64,000 nucleotides of DNA from Eledone cirrhosa (Eukaryota), in assembly GCA_964016885.1 (NCBI GenBank), contig OZ024755.1:27466001-27530000 (forward strand), given 5' to 3'. Each line of letters begins with the position of its first letter. The stretch's first letter is position 1. The notes under the pieces were generated by a model, which had not been told where the DNA came from, did not search any database, and was given only the letters and a program-made list of their open reading frames with translations. Shown in pieces: positions 37,487 through 52,400 of the stretch. Position numbers and translations under genes: made by a program.

Positions 37487-40400
37487 GTATGTTGTAACGT
37501 TAGTTTCCTGTTTTATTTAGAGGCGAAATCGTTTGAATATATAAATTTATTTGTAAGCGGTTCATAATTGCAATATAAAACTTGAAATCCAGGCAAATAG
37601 ATGAGTCCACGTGTTTAAGGACATTTAATAGGAAATGGGAGTGTGAATATTTCTAAATCTCCCACAAATAGCGAATTAATCATTACAAATAAATGTCGTT
37701 AGAAGATCATCTATAACGATTACTATTTGGAAAAGTCGAAACTATATATTCATCTTATGACGAAGTACACAGATTCTGCTTAAAATGAAAAATATCGAGT
37801 ATTTTTTATTTTAACCTTGATTTTTTCAACATCTTCGTCTTATTACTATTTTCTATAAATGGAAAAAAGTATATATAATCTAGATCTCAACCTTCATTTT
37901 AAACAACTTGCTTCAGTTTATAAATAACAGTTTATTGTTTGTAATAGCTATTGGAAATCTACGTTGGTAATCAGTTCACTTGTTTTAAAATTACAAGGAA
38001 ATGCCAAACTTTACAGTCCGAAACATATTTTTCAAAATAAATATTTGATGGCCCGATCAATATTTAATAAATGTAGTTTATGATGCGTATTATTGCTTGG
38101 CGTTAAAGTATGGATAGGCTTGATACAGTCCAGTTGATTTGTAATTTCAGCCGTTACTGAACGATTATTTTAGAGAACAATACGAAATAATATTCAATAA
38201 AAATTTATAATCTGTATTATTTCAACATAGTAGGATACAAAATAAATATAATTTGTGAGAATGTCTACAGTTTGTACATGCGCAGAAAAAAAAAAGAGCT
38301 GGACTGTCAAGTATTTGTTTTGAAAATGTCTGTTTCAGGCCATTAAGCCCGGGCAACCCGAATTCACAAAGAAAACTACACATATATTCCAATATAGGTC
38401 AAATGAAATTAAAAGACCATAACACTGCGATAGAATTAAGAAGTTACGACTTCTTTATAATATTACATTAACGCTATTTAGAATAGATTTTAAAGTACAT
38501 CTGATTATAAAATTGAGATATGACTTTTATTTTCTATATCTAATTATTCTTTAATATCTGAATAATTTTCAAAGCCCTTTTTGTCGTCGCGATTAGTGGA
38601 ATTCCTATCACATCATTTATTTAGTCCTTATTCAGAATTAGGATCTAATTTATAACAATGATTATTCGTTACATTACACTGCTTAAGCAAGGAAGATCTC
38701 GATTTGGTAAATTTTCGCTTGGTACGTGCATCTTTTCGCTAATGCGGTGATGAATTTGGCTGTCGTGGTTCCTCGTATGTCGGTCGGTAATGCCATTGGC
38801 TCGAGGGCTACTGAAAATAAAGCCATTGGCTGCGATATCGGTTTGATTTGGCCGTGTTTCGATAAATGGTTACCGTGCAAACATCAATTTGGTTACCGAG
38901 TATCACATGATTCTGGAAGCTGCAATGGATTTCCTGGTTTGTGTGCAAGCTGGTGTCAACCTGGTCTTACAACAACATCCACTAACTGGTATTGTGAGTC
39001 TACGGTGAAGACTAAGCTGCGCCATGAGGTCGGGGTATGAGGTAAACATTATGCACTTTTTTCAGTTATATATACTGTTACATTTTATGTTGTCTGTCAT
39101 TGCACGTTGCTCGGTTATCTTAATTGCTTTGTCATGAATGAGAATTGATTTCTTGTCATGGTCAGAATTTTATTCTCACGAGATTTCCTTCTTTTAGCGC
39201 AAACCTTTTTAATTGTATGGAAAGGTTTCAGAAAGTGTATGAATGGTATATATATATATATATATCTTGTAGATTAGCTTGCTTATATACTCATTTTTAT
39301 TTATTTATGTCGGCGTATTAACTTTTAATGCAACATTAAAATGTAGGCGCCTATACGAAGAGACGGTTTGATTAGCTTATATATTTCAGTGTTTACGTCT
39401 TGGTTTCGTTGTCTCAAACTAATTTAGATGTGAGCAGTAAATCGAAATAGGATTTCAATCACCCATGACATTGCAATTAAAATAACAAGAAACGTAACGA
39501 AATAAAACTTTTCAAAATATGTGGAGTTAATTGGAAATTCTGAACATATTTTAATGTTGCCTTTATTTTTTTTTTTTTCCTTTTCACGAACCCTTTTTTT
39601 TTTTTTATCGGAAGTGTGGCAATTTTTTTTTTTATATCACAAATAAATAATTAACCTGTCTACCATTGTGTGAAAATATTTATTTTATATATATCGTTTG
39701 TCGCTATAAAATGTTTGGTTGATCCTTAAAATAGTTGAAAATCAGGCATATAACGGAATTTTTAGCCAAATATTTTCATCTTATGAAGCTTTGATTATCT
39801 TGTCAATTGAATAATTGACGACTAGCAAATATTTTTCTTCACATATGTTTCTTTTATTCAACGTGTAGAACATTTTAATTTGTAAAGCTGAGTTTCATGA
39901 CTATGATAAGATTCAACCGATCTGATCAATGTGCAGATAGTAGTACCAAGTTATGTGAATATTATAAAAAATATTTTTTTGTTGGGTTGGGTAGGGTAGA
40001 GGGTGGATGTACATAAGATTGAGATAATACTTCCTACATGTCCGGTTATAAATGTCCATAAGTATATGACAAATTATTATTATTATTTTTATTAAAAATA
40101 ATAAATTACGATGTAAATCATGATTTTATTAGTCTTTGTTAACCATTAGAGGAAAAGTTCAAGAATAAAACGTTTTGGGTTTTCTTAGGAAATAATAGGA
40201 AAACACATTTCACTACTTTCTAGAGACGATACTTATTGAAAATTTTGAAGAGTAAATTTAATGATAAGCCCATTAAATAAATGAACTTTCCGGGCGTCTT
40301 GATGTGATGTGATTTTAGCATAAAAGAAAGAATATACTTGTTGGATAAGTAATACTGGTGTAAGAGATCGGCTTAGAAAGCTGCAGGAGTTGTGAAGATT

Positions 40401-43400
40401 TTACCGACTACTTTTGAAATATTCAGCTGGGCTATACAGAATATACCTACTCACTTGCTATATTTGCACTATGATCAATTTAAGAAAGGTTATATTTGTT
40501 TCAATTAGTGATTTCTGTCGTTTGAAAATAGACTCCCAAAAAGTCGGCTGAACCTGAAGAATCTAAAGAAGGTTCTTCTTCGGAATCAGAAGAAATGGAA
40601 GTTGTAAGTTGATATTTCATTCTAATTTACTTTTTCAAATATCTTGTAATATTACAGTTAAAAAAAGAAGTTTTACGATACGATTTTTTCTTTTCTTTCT
40701 TTCTTTCTTTTTTTCCGTACACTACCAGAGGAAATTTTTCTCGTTTTAAAAATATAAAATGGACATTTCTTTCGTTAAGAGCTGAAATCAAAGATCAACT
40801 GAACAACTTCAACCCTAATTCTAACAAATAATTATCATTTTATGATCACTTTCTATGCTGGCATGGGTTGGGTAGGTTGTAAAAGTTTGAGACTAAACAG
40901 ATTAGAGAACCACATCATCCTTGTATGTTCCATTTTTGGTAGGGTTTCTATGGCACTATAGAGGTTGTTAATCCTCAGCAGGCCTAAAGAGTCCTCACAG
41001 CCTGGTGTTTGTTTGATTGCTACCACTATACAAAGTGTAGTGGGTACGTTTTATGGCACCAGCATTGGTGAAGTTACCTTGGGGTTCCTAAAAATTATAG
41101 GTACTCACTATCCTTCTGTGCCTCCATACACCAAGAGGGTGAAAAGAAAAGGCAATGACGGAAAATTGACCAGGGAATGGAAAGGCTGCTAAAGGAGGAG
41201 AAATGGGAGAGGCAGTGTAGGAAGGGGTAAGAGAAGAGAGACTAATAGAACAAGGGAAAGGAGGGGTAGTGTAGAAGCGAAAGCGGGTTAACGACGGTTG
41301 GCAACATAGAGAGATAGTGGTAAGATGTATTGTGTATAAATAAATCTTGATACAATCCTACAGATATAGCGGGGGAGGTAAGGTTTAAATAGACAAGATT
41401 AACCCTTTAGCATTTCAACTGACCACTCATACTGATGTTAAGGTATTTTGTTCTCAAAATAAATAATATCAAGATCTCATAGATTCGATATAATGTAAGA
41501 TAAAGCTTTTCCCGTGAAAATACAATAGTAAATATAGAGTAATGTAAATGCCAAAGGGTTAAAGGCATCCCCCATGGCATTGTACATAGAAGATTGTCGG
41601 TTAGATCTGTCATTAAGGCAGTGTAGTAGTGAGGATGGAAATTTAAGAAAGAGGCCTAAATATAGATATGCGGAATGGGTAAACAAAGAAAAACCTGGGG
41701 CGAGGTGATAAATATTGACCTTGCTCACTTACAACTCTCTAAGACAATGTCACTGTATCAAGATCTTTGGTGCTATGCAGTTATACAGAAGACCCTCCTT
41801 CCCTTGCATACAAGCTTAAACCTATAGTCTGTAGGCACCTCTTAACCCAATATACACTCCTACTCCATCTTCCCACTCTTGTCCACTGTAAAGTGGTAGT
41901 GTAGGTAAAAAAAAAAAAAAAAGCACCCAGTCCACACTGTAAATGTGGTTGATGTTAGGAAGGGCATTCAGCTGTAGAAAACCTGCCAGAAACAGTTCTG
42001 TGCGAGCGAGACATGGTCTCCCAACCAATCTTACCTCAAGTGGAACAAAACTGTCCAACCCATGCTAGACGTTAAATGATGATGATGATGTTGACCTCCC
42101 GGCCTCCAACACTTAACGTTTCTGAAGTCTTTCATCGTCTCTATTGAGAGATGCAACTGCTTAAGGTTCCTCTTCACCAATTCTGTCCCCTGTTTTCCTG
42201 TCTTCCTTTTCCATAGGTTCCATTTACTCTGAATGCCTTGCATTTCTTTATACAGATGTTTTCTCCATACGCATCACATATCCTTACCAACACAATTTTT
42301 TCTCTCAGCTTATTTATGTTTAGTTGTTCCTGCACACTAATATCACACACCAACCAGATCATGCTCCCTTCATTTTATTCTAGCCTTTGTGAATCCTAGG
42401 CAGCATCATTTTTTTTTCAAAAGCATTGTCCAGTCTGTCATTCATTGGAGCTAGTCTAGTAATATATATATATATAGAAAGAGAAGGGGCTGTTGGCTAT
42501 TTTACAAAGGTAAACCGGAAAAAAAACCCGTATCTCGGGAACCCGTGCTCCTATTTACACAAAACTTGTTTTATTCCATTTGTATTCCCATTTCAGGGGC
42601 AACTTCCTTTCAAAGTATTTTCCCATTATCCACCGTTTTGGCTGTATTAAATTACAGGCAAGCACATAATCACAGGGTGTTAGTGGTATATAGATAGTTA
42701 TACTCTAAAATAGATATGAAATAAATTTTCTCAAATATTCGGGCGGCTTCTTAGAATGGGTTTCTCTGGAAGAAACCTTTTGTTGCCAGTAAAGGTAGTG
42801 GCTTCCTAAACTTTTTCCAGTCGATCCCTTCTCTTTCAGAACAACCATTGCCACTGCTCATGAGGTTACCTGAGTAAGAAATGCTGTCAACTTCTTTAAA
42901 GCTATCTGGTCATTTAAGATATTCTGTTTTCGCTAGACTGCCTTTGATCCCACTACATGTTGAGTATCCATAATTTACATTAGTACACAGCATAGAAATC
43001 CTCCCTGTTCCTTTTCTGAATTATTGTATGTTGCCATTTCCATCATGGTATCATCATCCTATCTTCTTATCTACTTACAAGGACGTTGGTCTTCATTAAG
43101 TTGACTAAACTTTCTAATACCAAACCACTTGATTCTATGATACTAAACTGTACATTTTAAAATGTTTATATTTATATAAAACCTTCCATTATAATTTTAT
43201 GTAAGAACCTTTGTTATGCTATGTTCCAGCTTAATAATGAAAAGTTATATTTAGATCCCTCGCAATTCTTGATCTTCTTCGTCCACTTATTCCTGAGAGG
43301 GTCGTGGGGGGCAGAATCCTTAAACACCCCTTCCAACGGGTCATGTTAGAAGCAACTGATCCGGCTGGATCCCCAAGCAAGACCAGCACAGCTCATGGAT

Positions 43401-46400
43401 TTTGTCCAACCATCTTGCTCTGGGTCTCCTTCCAGTTGGTTTTGCCAGTAAAATCTGTCCAGCGATTCTTTCTTGAGACATTCTAACCACGTGCTGAAAG
43501 TATCGGAGAAGTAGCGGTTCTACCTGGAGTGACTCTCTGATCTCCGAGTAATGTTATTCCAAGGACCCTTGATTATTTTCCAAATTATTTGTAATTTATA
43601 AGCAATGTTTTTCATTAAAAATATGATAATGAAAGGGTTTATGGTCTTACATGTTTGGATTTTCTACTTTAATTCTACTACAAATCCAGTAATAAGAACA
43701 AGTCATAAGATTTCCGTCATCTTTTGTTGTTGTCTAGGGAAAACAAAAGGGATCTGAGAACTACTCTTGTGCTAGTAGACACTACTTGCAAAGTAAAAAG
43801 TTGTATGAAATTTTCTTGAATATTGCTGCATGTACTTTAGCACATGTGCAAAAACCAAAATGATTAGGGGCTTCAAGTATTTATTTCAAACTATAAAGTA
43901 TGGGACTCATTATTCATATCAAAGTTAGAAATTCAGTAATAAGAACAAGTCATAAGAGTTCCAACAACTGTTGCTGTGGTCTAGGGAAAACAAAAGGGAG
44001 CTGAGAACTCTTGTGCTGGTAGGAAGGTCATGGGTACAGTCCCTTCTTCCAGATCAAACCAAATCACTAAAAAAGAAACATCTGCTGCACACATTCATGT
44101 CTTTATGAGACCCTTGTGATTCATTGAAGCAGTAGAGGTTCTAATACGTTGTATGAAATTTTATTGAATATTGCTGCATGTGCAAAAACCAAAATGTATA
44201 GGGGCTTCAAGTATTTATTTCAAACTATAAAGTATGGGACTCGTTATTCGTATCAAAGCAAGAAATCACTAACTCTTTACATCCTGTGATTGTGAAGCAG
44301 GTGTTTATAGTATCTTTACTAGTGGACAGGTTGTTGTGAAGACTTAAATTTTTAATGCGATGCAGTCACTACTGTTTTGTGCAGTTTCAAATGGTACAGG
44401 ATATTAAAAGTTTATATGATTTTTTTTTTTTTACATATTTAAACAAAAAAATTGCTCATTTTTAGGAAGCTCCAGCTGCCATGAAAGCTAAGCAGATGTC
44501 TAATCAGAGTAAAGATTCACCTTGTAAGGTTTGATTAATATTATATTTGCAATATTCCTCATTATTTATAAAACCATGTGTATACTTCATAAGGCATACT
44601 ATCCTACAGTTTGCTCTGACTTGATTGTAAGTTGGTTGGGCTGGTCCCATGATAAAAAGCACACAACCCACTCTGTAAAATGGTTGAACTGGTGCGAGGA
44701 CAAAAAGTACCGAGTCTACCCTGTAAGGTGGTGGTGCTGGTGACACGACAAAAAGCATGCAGTCCACCTTATAATGCGGTAGTGCTGGTGACAAGACAAA
44801 AAGCATGCAGTCCAAAATGCTCCCAGTACACACTATAAAGTGGTTGGCATTAGGAAAGGCATCCAGCTATAGAGACCAAGCCAAAGATGAAGTGTATGAG
44901 CAAGATGTCATCCAACCAGTCTAACCTCAGCCTATGGCAGGCTGTCTAAACCGCGCAATCCTGGAAAATAGACATTAAACAGTGATGTTTGGTGGATGAA
45001 AGTTATTTTCAAACCAGAAACCTAACCAAATTGCTTCTAACAAGTCTGTCTCAAGTCCAGAGGTTTATCAAGGCAAACGTTTTCTGGTTTCATTAGTGTT
45101 AAGCAACTGAGAAAACAATACTTCCCCCATGACAGCACACCAGTCCATTTCAGGATTAAATCCCAACTAGTGCTGGTATTGGAGCAACATGAAATGAAAT
45201 CTTTTGCTCAAGAACACAATGTACCACCCTGTCCAAGAATTGAACTCACAACATTATGATCATTAGGCCATGCTCTTTCACTAAGAGTGGTCTCTGATAA
45301 AGGCATCCAAAGGTTAGGGGTTGGTGTTAACTCAATTGATACCAAATCTTGTGTTTCTATGATATAGAAGTGTTTATATTTATTTAAAATCTTTCGGTCT
45401 TAATTCTAAGAACCTTTCAGTTATGTTTCAAACAGCAACTTACTAATGAGAACGTTATATTACTAAGTCCCTCTGAATTCAATAAAAACCTGGTAATGAA
45501 ATGGTTAAATTGAGTTCTGATTTGCAGTGAATTATTTTCAATAGTTTGTTGTAGACTTGTGGTTTGTAAGAGGTACCAGGAGTCTAAGTTGGAATAATTT
45601 ACTCCCTATTGAACCTAGTGTACAATTTAGGAGACATTCTAGGAATGTTTTAGATTTGGATGCATTCAACTGATTTATTCTTTGGCTGATGTCTGGTTCT
45701 GTTTCATGCACAGCAAAAAATGAGGAGGAATCTGGTGACAATGAGGCAGATGAGAAGGAGAGCCAAGAAGATGAGGAAAGTGACAGCAATGAAGGTGAAG
45801 AGGAAGAGGTAAAAAAACCTGAAGCAGCTGCTGAGTCTGGTGGTTCTGATGAGCATTCTAATGAGGAAAATTCTAGCGAAGGTATGTAGTTTTACTGCTT
45901 TAACTGATTTCTGATGAAATAAAATATATCAGGACAAATAATTTCATTGAGATATCTCTCTTTTTTTCCCAATATTAAACTAAAACACATCTTCTTCAGA
46001 ATCAGAAGATTCCCCTAAATCAAAGGCCAATGGAAAATCTAATGGTGAGTAATTGTTTTTATATTCCACCAGTCTAGATTCTTTTCTTTAGTCTGAGCAA
46101 CGTGGAAACCGCAGAGAGGGCGCTTAGATTCCTATGGCTGAAAAGAAGTGACCGGTAGGGGTCTGTAGGATGTATGTCACTTGGACACAGATTAAGGTTT
46201 GATCAACCTCAGTTGAGTCATTTGGATGAAGATGTATGTTGTGAGACCTGAAACACCCAGAGACTCCAGGATACAACACTGATGATGTGTCCAAGGTTTT
46301 GCATCTGTGGATGTGTGAAACAACTACCATCTTTCGTGAATTTAATCAGTTTTCTCAAAACGTTTGCTATATTATGTTGGTGGTTACTCTTTGCATTTTT

Positions 46401-49400
46401 AGGTGATATGTAATTTGTATTAATTCATATAGTTTGTATAGGAAGTTATATTTATATCTTAGTTCCTCTAGTTTATGATTGCTTGCTAGTATTCCATAAC
46501 AAAACACTTTATTTCCATTCGTGAGCTAGTTAGAAATAGAATATTGGATGAAACTAGTCCAATTCATGCCATCCTGGAAAATGGGCGTTTCAGAATATAT
46601 CTGTAAAATGGATGTTTGGCAGTGTATCTGAAAAATGGATGTTTGATAATATATCTAAAATGGCTGTTTGACTGTGTATCTGTAAAATGGATGTTTGACA
46701 GTGTATCTGTAAAATGGATGTTTGGCGGTGTGTCTGTTAAATGGCTGTTTGGCGGTGTATCTGTTAAATGGCTGTTTGGCGGTGTATCTGTAAAATGAAT
46801 TCTTTCTTTCTACACCAGGTGCAAATGATGCTAAAAAGCGCAAAAAGGAAGAAGATGAAGGTAAGAAGATTTGGATTTTGAAAGTTTAGTGTGTGAAATT
46901 GTGTGTCCATGTTCAGATTTATTTGTCTGCTCAGAAAATTTAGTATTTTGTATCTAGTACTCTTAACCTTTTAGTATTCAAACCGCCCGAAATTATTTCC
47001 CCTTCATTTGTTCAAACCGCCCAAAACCCACACTAAAAAATCGTTCTAAAAATAAGCAAACCATCGTCAAAATCTCGTTGATTCGAGACTGCTGCGAGAT
47101 TAGGCCTTTACCGCAAAAATTAACACTTAATATAGGGGAACAACTTAAAACAACACATTTTTTTTGTTGTTTCAACATGGCTTATGAAAGTACTTTGAAG
47201 TTTTTACACACGACGACATTCAGTATAAACAAGAAACAAACGATAATATTAGTGATTTATCTTCAAATGAATCTGATGTTTATATTTCTGAAATTTCGTC
47301 CGACGGTGATTATTTTGAAAGTGTAAACGAAGGACTCCAGGCCGCCATTGAAAATATTTCAGCAACATGGTTGAAAAATACCACACTAATATATGTTCCC
47401 GATTTTATTCAAATTACTGGTCCACAACACGCGTTAGCTCCCGATGCTAAAGCACTGGATTATTTGTTTTTGTTTTTACCACAAACTTTCTTCGAAGTTA
47501 TGGCAGAAGAGATTAATCGATATGCCCAACAACAGATTTCAAATCGAGGAAAACCCGATCTGTTTGGCGACCGACATACTGCGGAAATGCAAGCATTTTT
47601 TACAGTAAATATTATATTCGGTATAAAACAATTTCCAAGACTGGAATTAGTGGAACACTGATATAAAGTTTAGTGATTCTTATATATCAAGTATTACGCT
47701 GAAAACAACGTATTTAAAATTAAACCAGTATTTGCACCTGGTTGATACTTCAAATGCCCCTATTAATTAATTTCACCTGGCCATAAGTCAAATTTAACCA
47801 AAAAAATCAGGTAAAATTATATAATTGAAAATTATTGATATTTAAACATCTACTGACAAAAAATTTCAAGTCTGCACATAGAAACTTAAGAAAATTACAA
47901 ACAAATAAAATTGATAACCATCTTGAGTATGATTAACTCAAAATAATGCGAACAGATAAGCATGACGTTTGAAAATTAATGTGAAAGCTAAAGGGTTAAG
48001 AAGCTTGTGAATACAATCCCATTGATTTATATTTACTTTTGTTGATTTCTTATTAATAGGAATTGTAATAAAAAATTTGGTATTTGATGTTCGTGTTAGT
48101 TCTGACAGCATTAATTGTTTCTGAACATAGGCATAAACAATGGTTATGAGGTATAACAATATTCTGTGTGTCTGTATGAATGCCTACATGGTTATGAGGT
48201 GTAACAATATTCTGTGTGTCTGTATGAATGCCTACATGGTTATGAGGTGTAACAATATTCTGTGTGTCTGTATGAATGCCTACATGGTTATGAGGTAGAA
48301 CAATATTCTGTGTGTCTGTATGAATGCCTACATGGTTATGAAGTAGAACAATATTCTGTGTGTCTGTATGAATGCCTACATGGTTATGATTTAGAACAAT
48401 ATTCTGTGTGTCTGTATGAATGCCTACATGGTTATGAAGTAGAACAATATTCTGTGTGTCTGTATGAATGCCTACATGGTTATGATTTAGAACAATATTC
48501 TGTGTGTCTGTATGAATGCCTACATGGTTATGAAGTAGAGCAATATTTTGTTCAGATTTCAAATCAGAGTAATTCTTCCTGAACTCTCTATTCATGTCTG
48601 GAATATGACAGCCAGCAATAAAATAGGTAAGAAGTATTGCGCGCATGGGTCATTCTGCAACTTTATCTGATAGTGGCAACTCATTGAGTAGTGCCTCGGG
48701 TCTTTGGGAAATCAGAATATTACCAAGAAGTATATGCTTATTTCGTAGACTTTGAAAAGGCATACAATCGCATTCCGCAGAACCTGTTGTGGAAGGTTCT
48801 GCAGGAGTATGGGATCTGTGGACAACTTGTTACCCTGAAGTCTCTTAGTGTTTATGTTCAGATAAAAGGTTCTTACTGTCATCTCTCTTGTTCATAATCT
48901 TCATGAACAAGATTGAGATGTGCAGCCATATTGCAAGTGCTATTGAGACTGGCCGGTGTAGGATCAATCGGCTGGAATTTGCAGAAGACGTGGTACTATT
49001 CGGTTACCAGAAGATGATCGCTGACATGCACTTGATAGGTTTTCTGCAGAGTGCTGTGATGACTGGGACACTTGTTTTCTCAAGGAAGCCTGCACAGTGC
49101 ACTCTACATGTGAGTGGAATTCCATTGAAGCAAAAGCGAAAATTCAAGTATCTCAGGGCTGTTTCATGTGATGGAAGGCAAGAGGCTGATTTAAGAGCAA
49201 GAATTTCAGAATGTGCCAGCTTCAGTATCCAGTCATCAGAAGGGGTGTGTGTAAAAGCCAAACTCGCTATGGTCTTGAATCTTGGGTAATGACTGAAGAA
49301 TACGATTGCAAATACAAGCGACCTAAATGGAGGTTCCTCCGAAAGGGCTTTGGATTAATGTTGTTCGATAGAGTGCAGAGATCTCCAATACTATGGACAT

Positions 49401-52400
49401 GTGATCAGAATATCTAGGGGAAAGAATCATGGGGCAAATTTTACAGGCAAAACCAACTGGCAGGAAACCCAGGAGTAGACCAGGGGCAAGATGACTGAAT
49501 AACATCCATGATCTCAGCAGGTCTCACTTGGAGGTCCAGCTAGATCAATTAGAGACAGTTGCTTCTGACAGGACCTGCTGGAAGGTATGCTTGAGGACTC
49601 TATCCTCATAACACACCCAGGAATATGTGGGCAAAGAATAAAATGCATTATAAAAAAATATTACCATACTCCCTTCCACAGTTTGTACTGATAATATGAG
49701 ATAAATAATTACAAAAACAAGAAGCAATTATTAAATGTCACTCATTACTTCTAATTTCCAAGCTTGTATGGGTTGGATAGGTCCTTTCCAGCACAACCTC
49801 CCTTCGCTTTCTCCTTTGTGAAGTTCGGTATTTTGAGATCAACTCTAATCACCTTTGCCTATTAATTAGGATTGACATTCCAATAAAAAGATAATATAAT
49901 GTGTAATTTTGTACAAAATTTTGATACATAAAATAAATTGTTTATTTTTGTCATATATTTATGATGGTAAGTATAGCTTGTGCTTGTGAATCTGTGGAGA
50001 TTGTTCCCGTGGTTCCAGTTCAGGCAATGACTATGGATCACAGTTGACTGGTTGTGAATCAATTTCGCACAATAGCCGGTGATCAAATTCAGTAGTGATG
50101 CCGGGCAAATATGATTTTTGGTGGTGTTTCCATTGAATCAAATTTCTTCATATTGTTTCACAAATCCATTTAGATTTTTTTACAAAAACTCATCGTACAA
50201 TACATAGTTATGTATAAGTCACATCTTTTTCCATGAAATCTGAGCCATCAAAAACCTTAGTTCCAAATACATGTATGTAAAATGGTGCTCCAAACACTGT
50301 AAAGTGGTTGTGTTGGTGTCGTGACAAAAAGCTCTCGGCCCACACTGTAAAGTGGTCATGTAGGTGTCACGACAAAAAGCACCCAGCTGTAGAAAACAAG
50401 CCAGAAACAGTTCTATATGAGCGAGGCAACGGTCACCCGACCCAACTTGCCTCTAGATGGGACAAACCCATCTAACCAATGCTAGCATGGTAAATGAACA
50501 TTAAGCAATGATGATTTCACATAAACAGATCCTGCTGGACATTACTTTTTTTTAAAACATGAGGGTTTGTGAGGGAAGGGCAAAAGTCTTATCCAACCCA
50601 TGCCAACATGGGAAAATTAACATAAAACTGCTGATTATATGAAGAACTGGTGTAATTTTTTTTTTTTTTTTTTTCAGAACCTGTAACAGTTCTGTGTAGA
50701 AATGTTCCTTTGGAAGTGACTACTGAGAAGTTTGAGAAATTTCTTAAGAAGCAAGGAATTGAATTTGTATCTGTTCGTAAACGTGACAATAAAAAGTGAG
50801 TTACATTTATTTATCTATCTGTTCCCCAATTTGTAATTTTGGTCTCATGTTTTTCACCCATTCTTCATTCAATTCTATTTTGTTTTCTAGGTTTGCACAC
50901 ATTGACCTAGCTAATCCAGATGATCTTGACACAGTTTTAGCAATGACAAATATTGAATTCAAAGGATCTATATTAACATTTGAAAAGGGTAGGCCCTTAG
51001 GAGCATCAAAGCCAGATAGATCAGAAAGAAATAAGGGTATGTTTCTACTTCCTTTGTATCTGTATTTTAATTTGTGATTTGTTGTGTAAAACAATAAAAG
51101 GTCAGAAAGCTTTGTAAATTGAAACATCTGGTTGAAAGTCTTATCATATGTGATAGGTATTGGCCCAGGCCATATCTAACTTAATAGCACCACCTGGCAA
51201 TGTTTGGTGTTTTTTGTTTGTTTTTTCCTGCTTCGTTCAAATCAGAGTTACTGTTACTAAATCTAAAACTTAAAATTCTTTATAATTAAAAAAAGAATAT
51301 TATGTTATAGATGTTGGATAGGAGTGAAAGTAAAATTTCAAAGAATTGGAGAAGAAAATTTAGTTTGTAAAAATGGCAGGCATGCACATTAATTGTTTAT
51401 CTAATAAAATTATGAGTGGAAACACCCACTCATAAAAATTGTGCTTAGATTCCAGCATCGATTTATTCTGAACTTTAAAATAGAGATGACACCTGACAAC
51501 AGGGCCAGATTATAAAGCAACTAAGCAATCCCTGACCTAAAGAATATCTGGGAGAAGTAACCACATGCTTGAAAGAAACAATATAAAAATAAAAATTATG
51601 TAAGCCCTCATACAGTGGATAAAATGCTACTGTGATATTTGTGGAGTTTAAATTCCACCAAGGCCAACTTTGCCTTTCATCCGTCTGGGGTTGATAAAAT
51701 AAAGTACTTTGCCAAGTTCTGGATTTGATTTAGATCGGCCGTAACCGGCCAGAATTCTCTCACCTTTTTTCAGTTCAAACTGGCCATAACCAGCCACTCA
51801 TACCGACATTAAAGTATTGTTCTCAAAATAAATATCAAAATATGATTGATTCAATATTATGTGAGATAAAGTGTTTACCATGAAAATATAATAGTAATAT
51901 TATATTATATATGCTGAGGTTAACTTTGCCTTTCATCCTTACGGGGTCGATAAAATAAAGTACCAGTAAAGCACTGGGTAATTGCTGGCCTTGTGCCATA
52001 AGTAGAAACAATTATATTATAATATATAAGCTGATGTTACGGTATTGTTCTCAATAGAATATATAGAGTAATGTAAATGCTAAAGGGTTAACCAACTTTG
52101 CCCTTCCTCCAAATTTGCTGGCTTTGTGTCTAATTGTTGAGATTGCTTTTTATTCTGGATTCAATTACTAACATAAATTTCAGCTTTTGAACTCTTGTCT
52201 TTCTTTTTTTTCCCTCTCAGATGATTCAAAATCATTATTTGTGAAGAACTTGTCCTATGATGATTCTGAAGATAATATTCGCAGCAATCTGATGGAGATA
52301 TTTCCTGATGCACGAAATGTCAGAATCCCATGTAAAGGAGATACACATAGAGGGTAGGTTTTATTCAATTATGTGTACCAATTACAGCACTAGTTACATA

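Noticed and set aside
40811-40825. Telomerase-template-like AACCCTAA
   Set aside because: Short match only; no pseudoknot or CR4/5 evident
45846-45870. CTGATGA...GAAA hammerhead-like string
   Set aside because: Lies in a coding exon; stems I and III do not form
46098-46134. U17/snR30 assignment from CAACGTGGA and ATTCCTA
   Set aside because: m1 and m2 motifs are inexact and not together in a 3' terminal hairpin
48053-48646. 197-aa ORF with 16-aa repeats
   Set aside because: Product of an intronic 48-bp minisatellite
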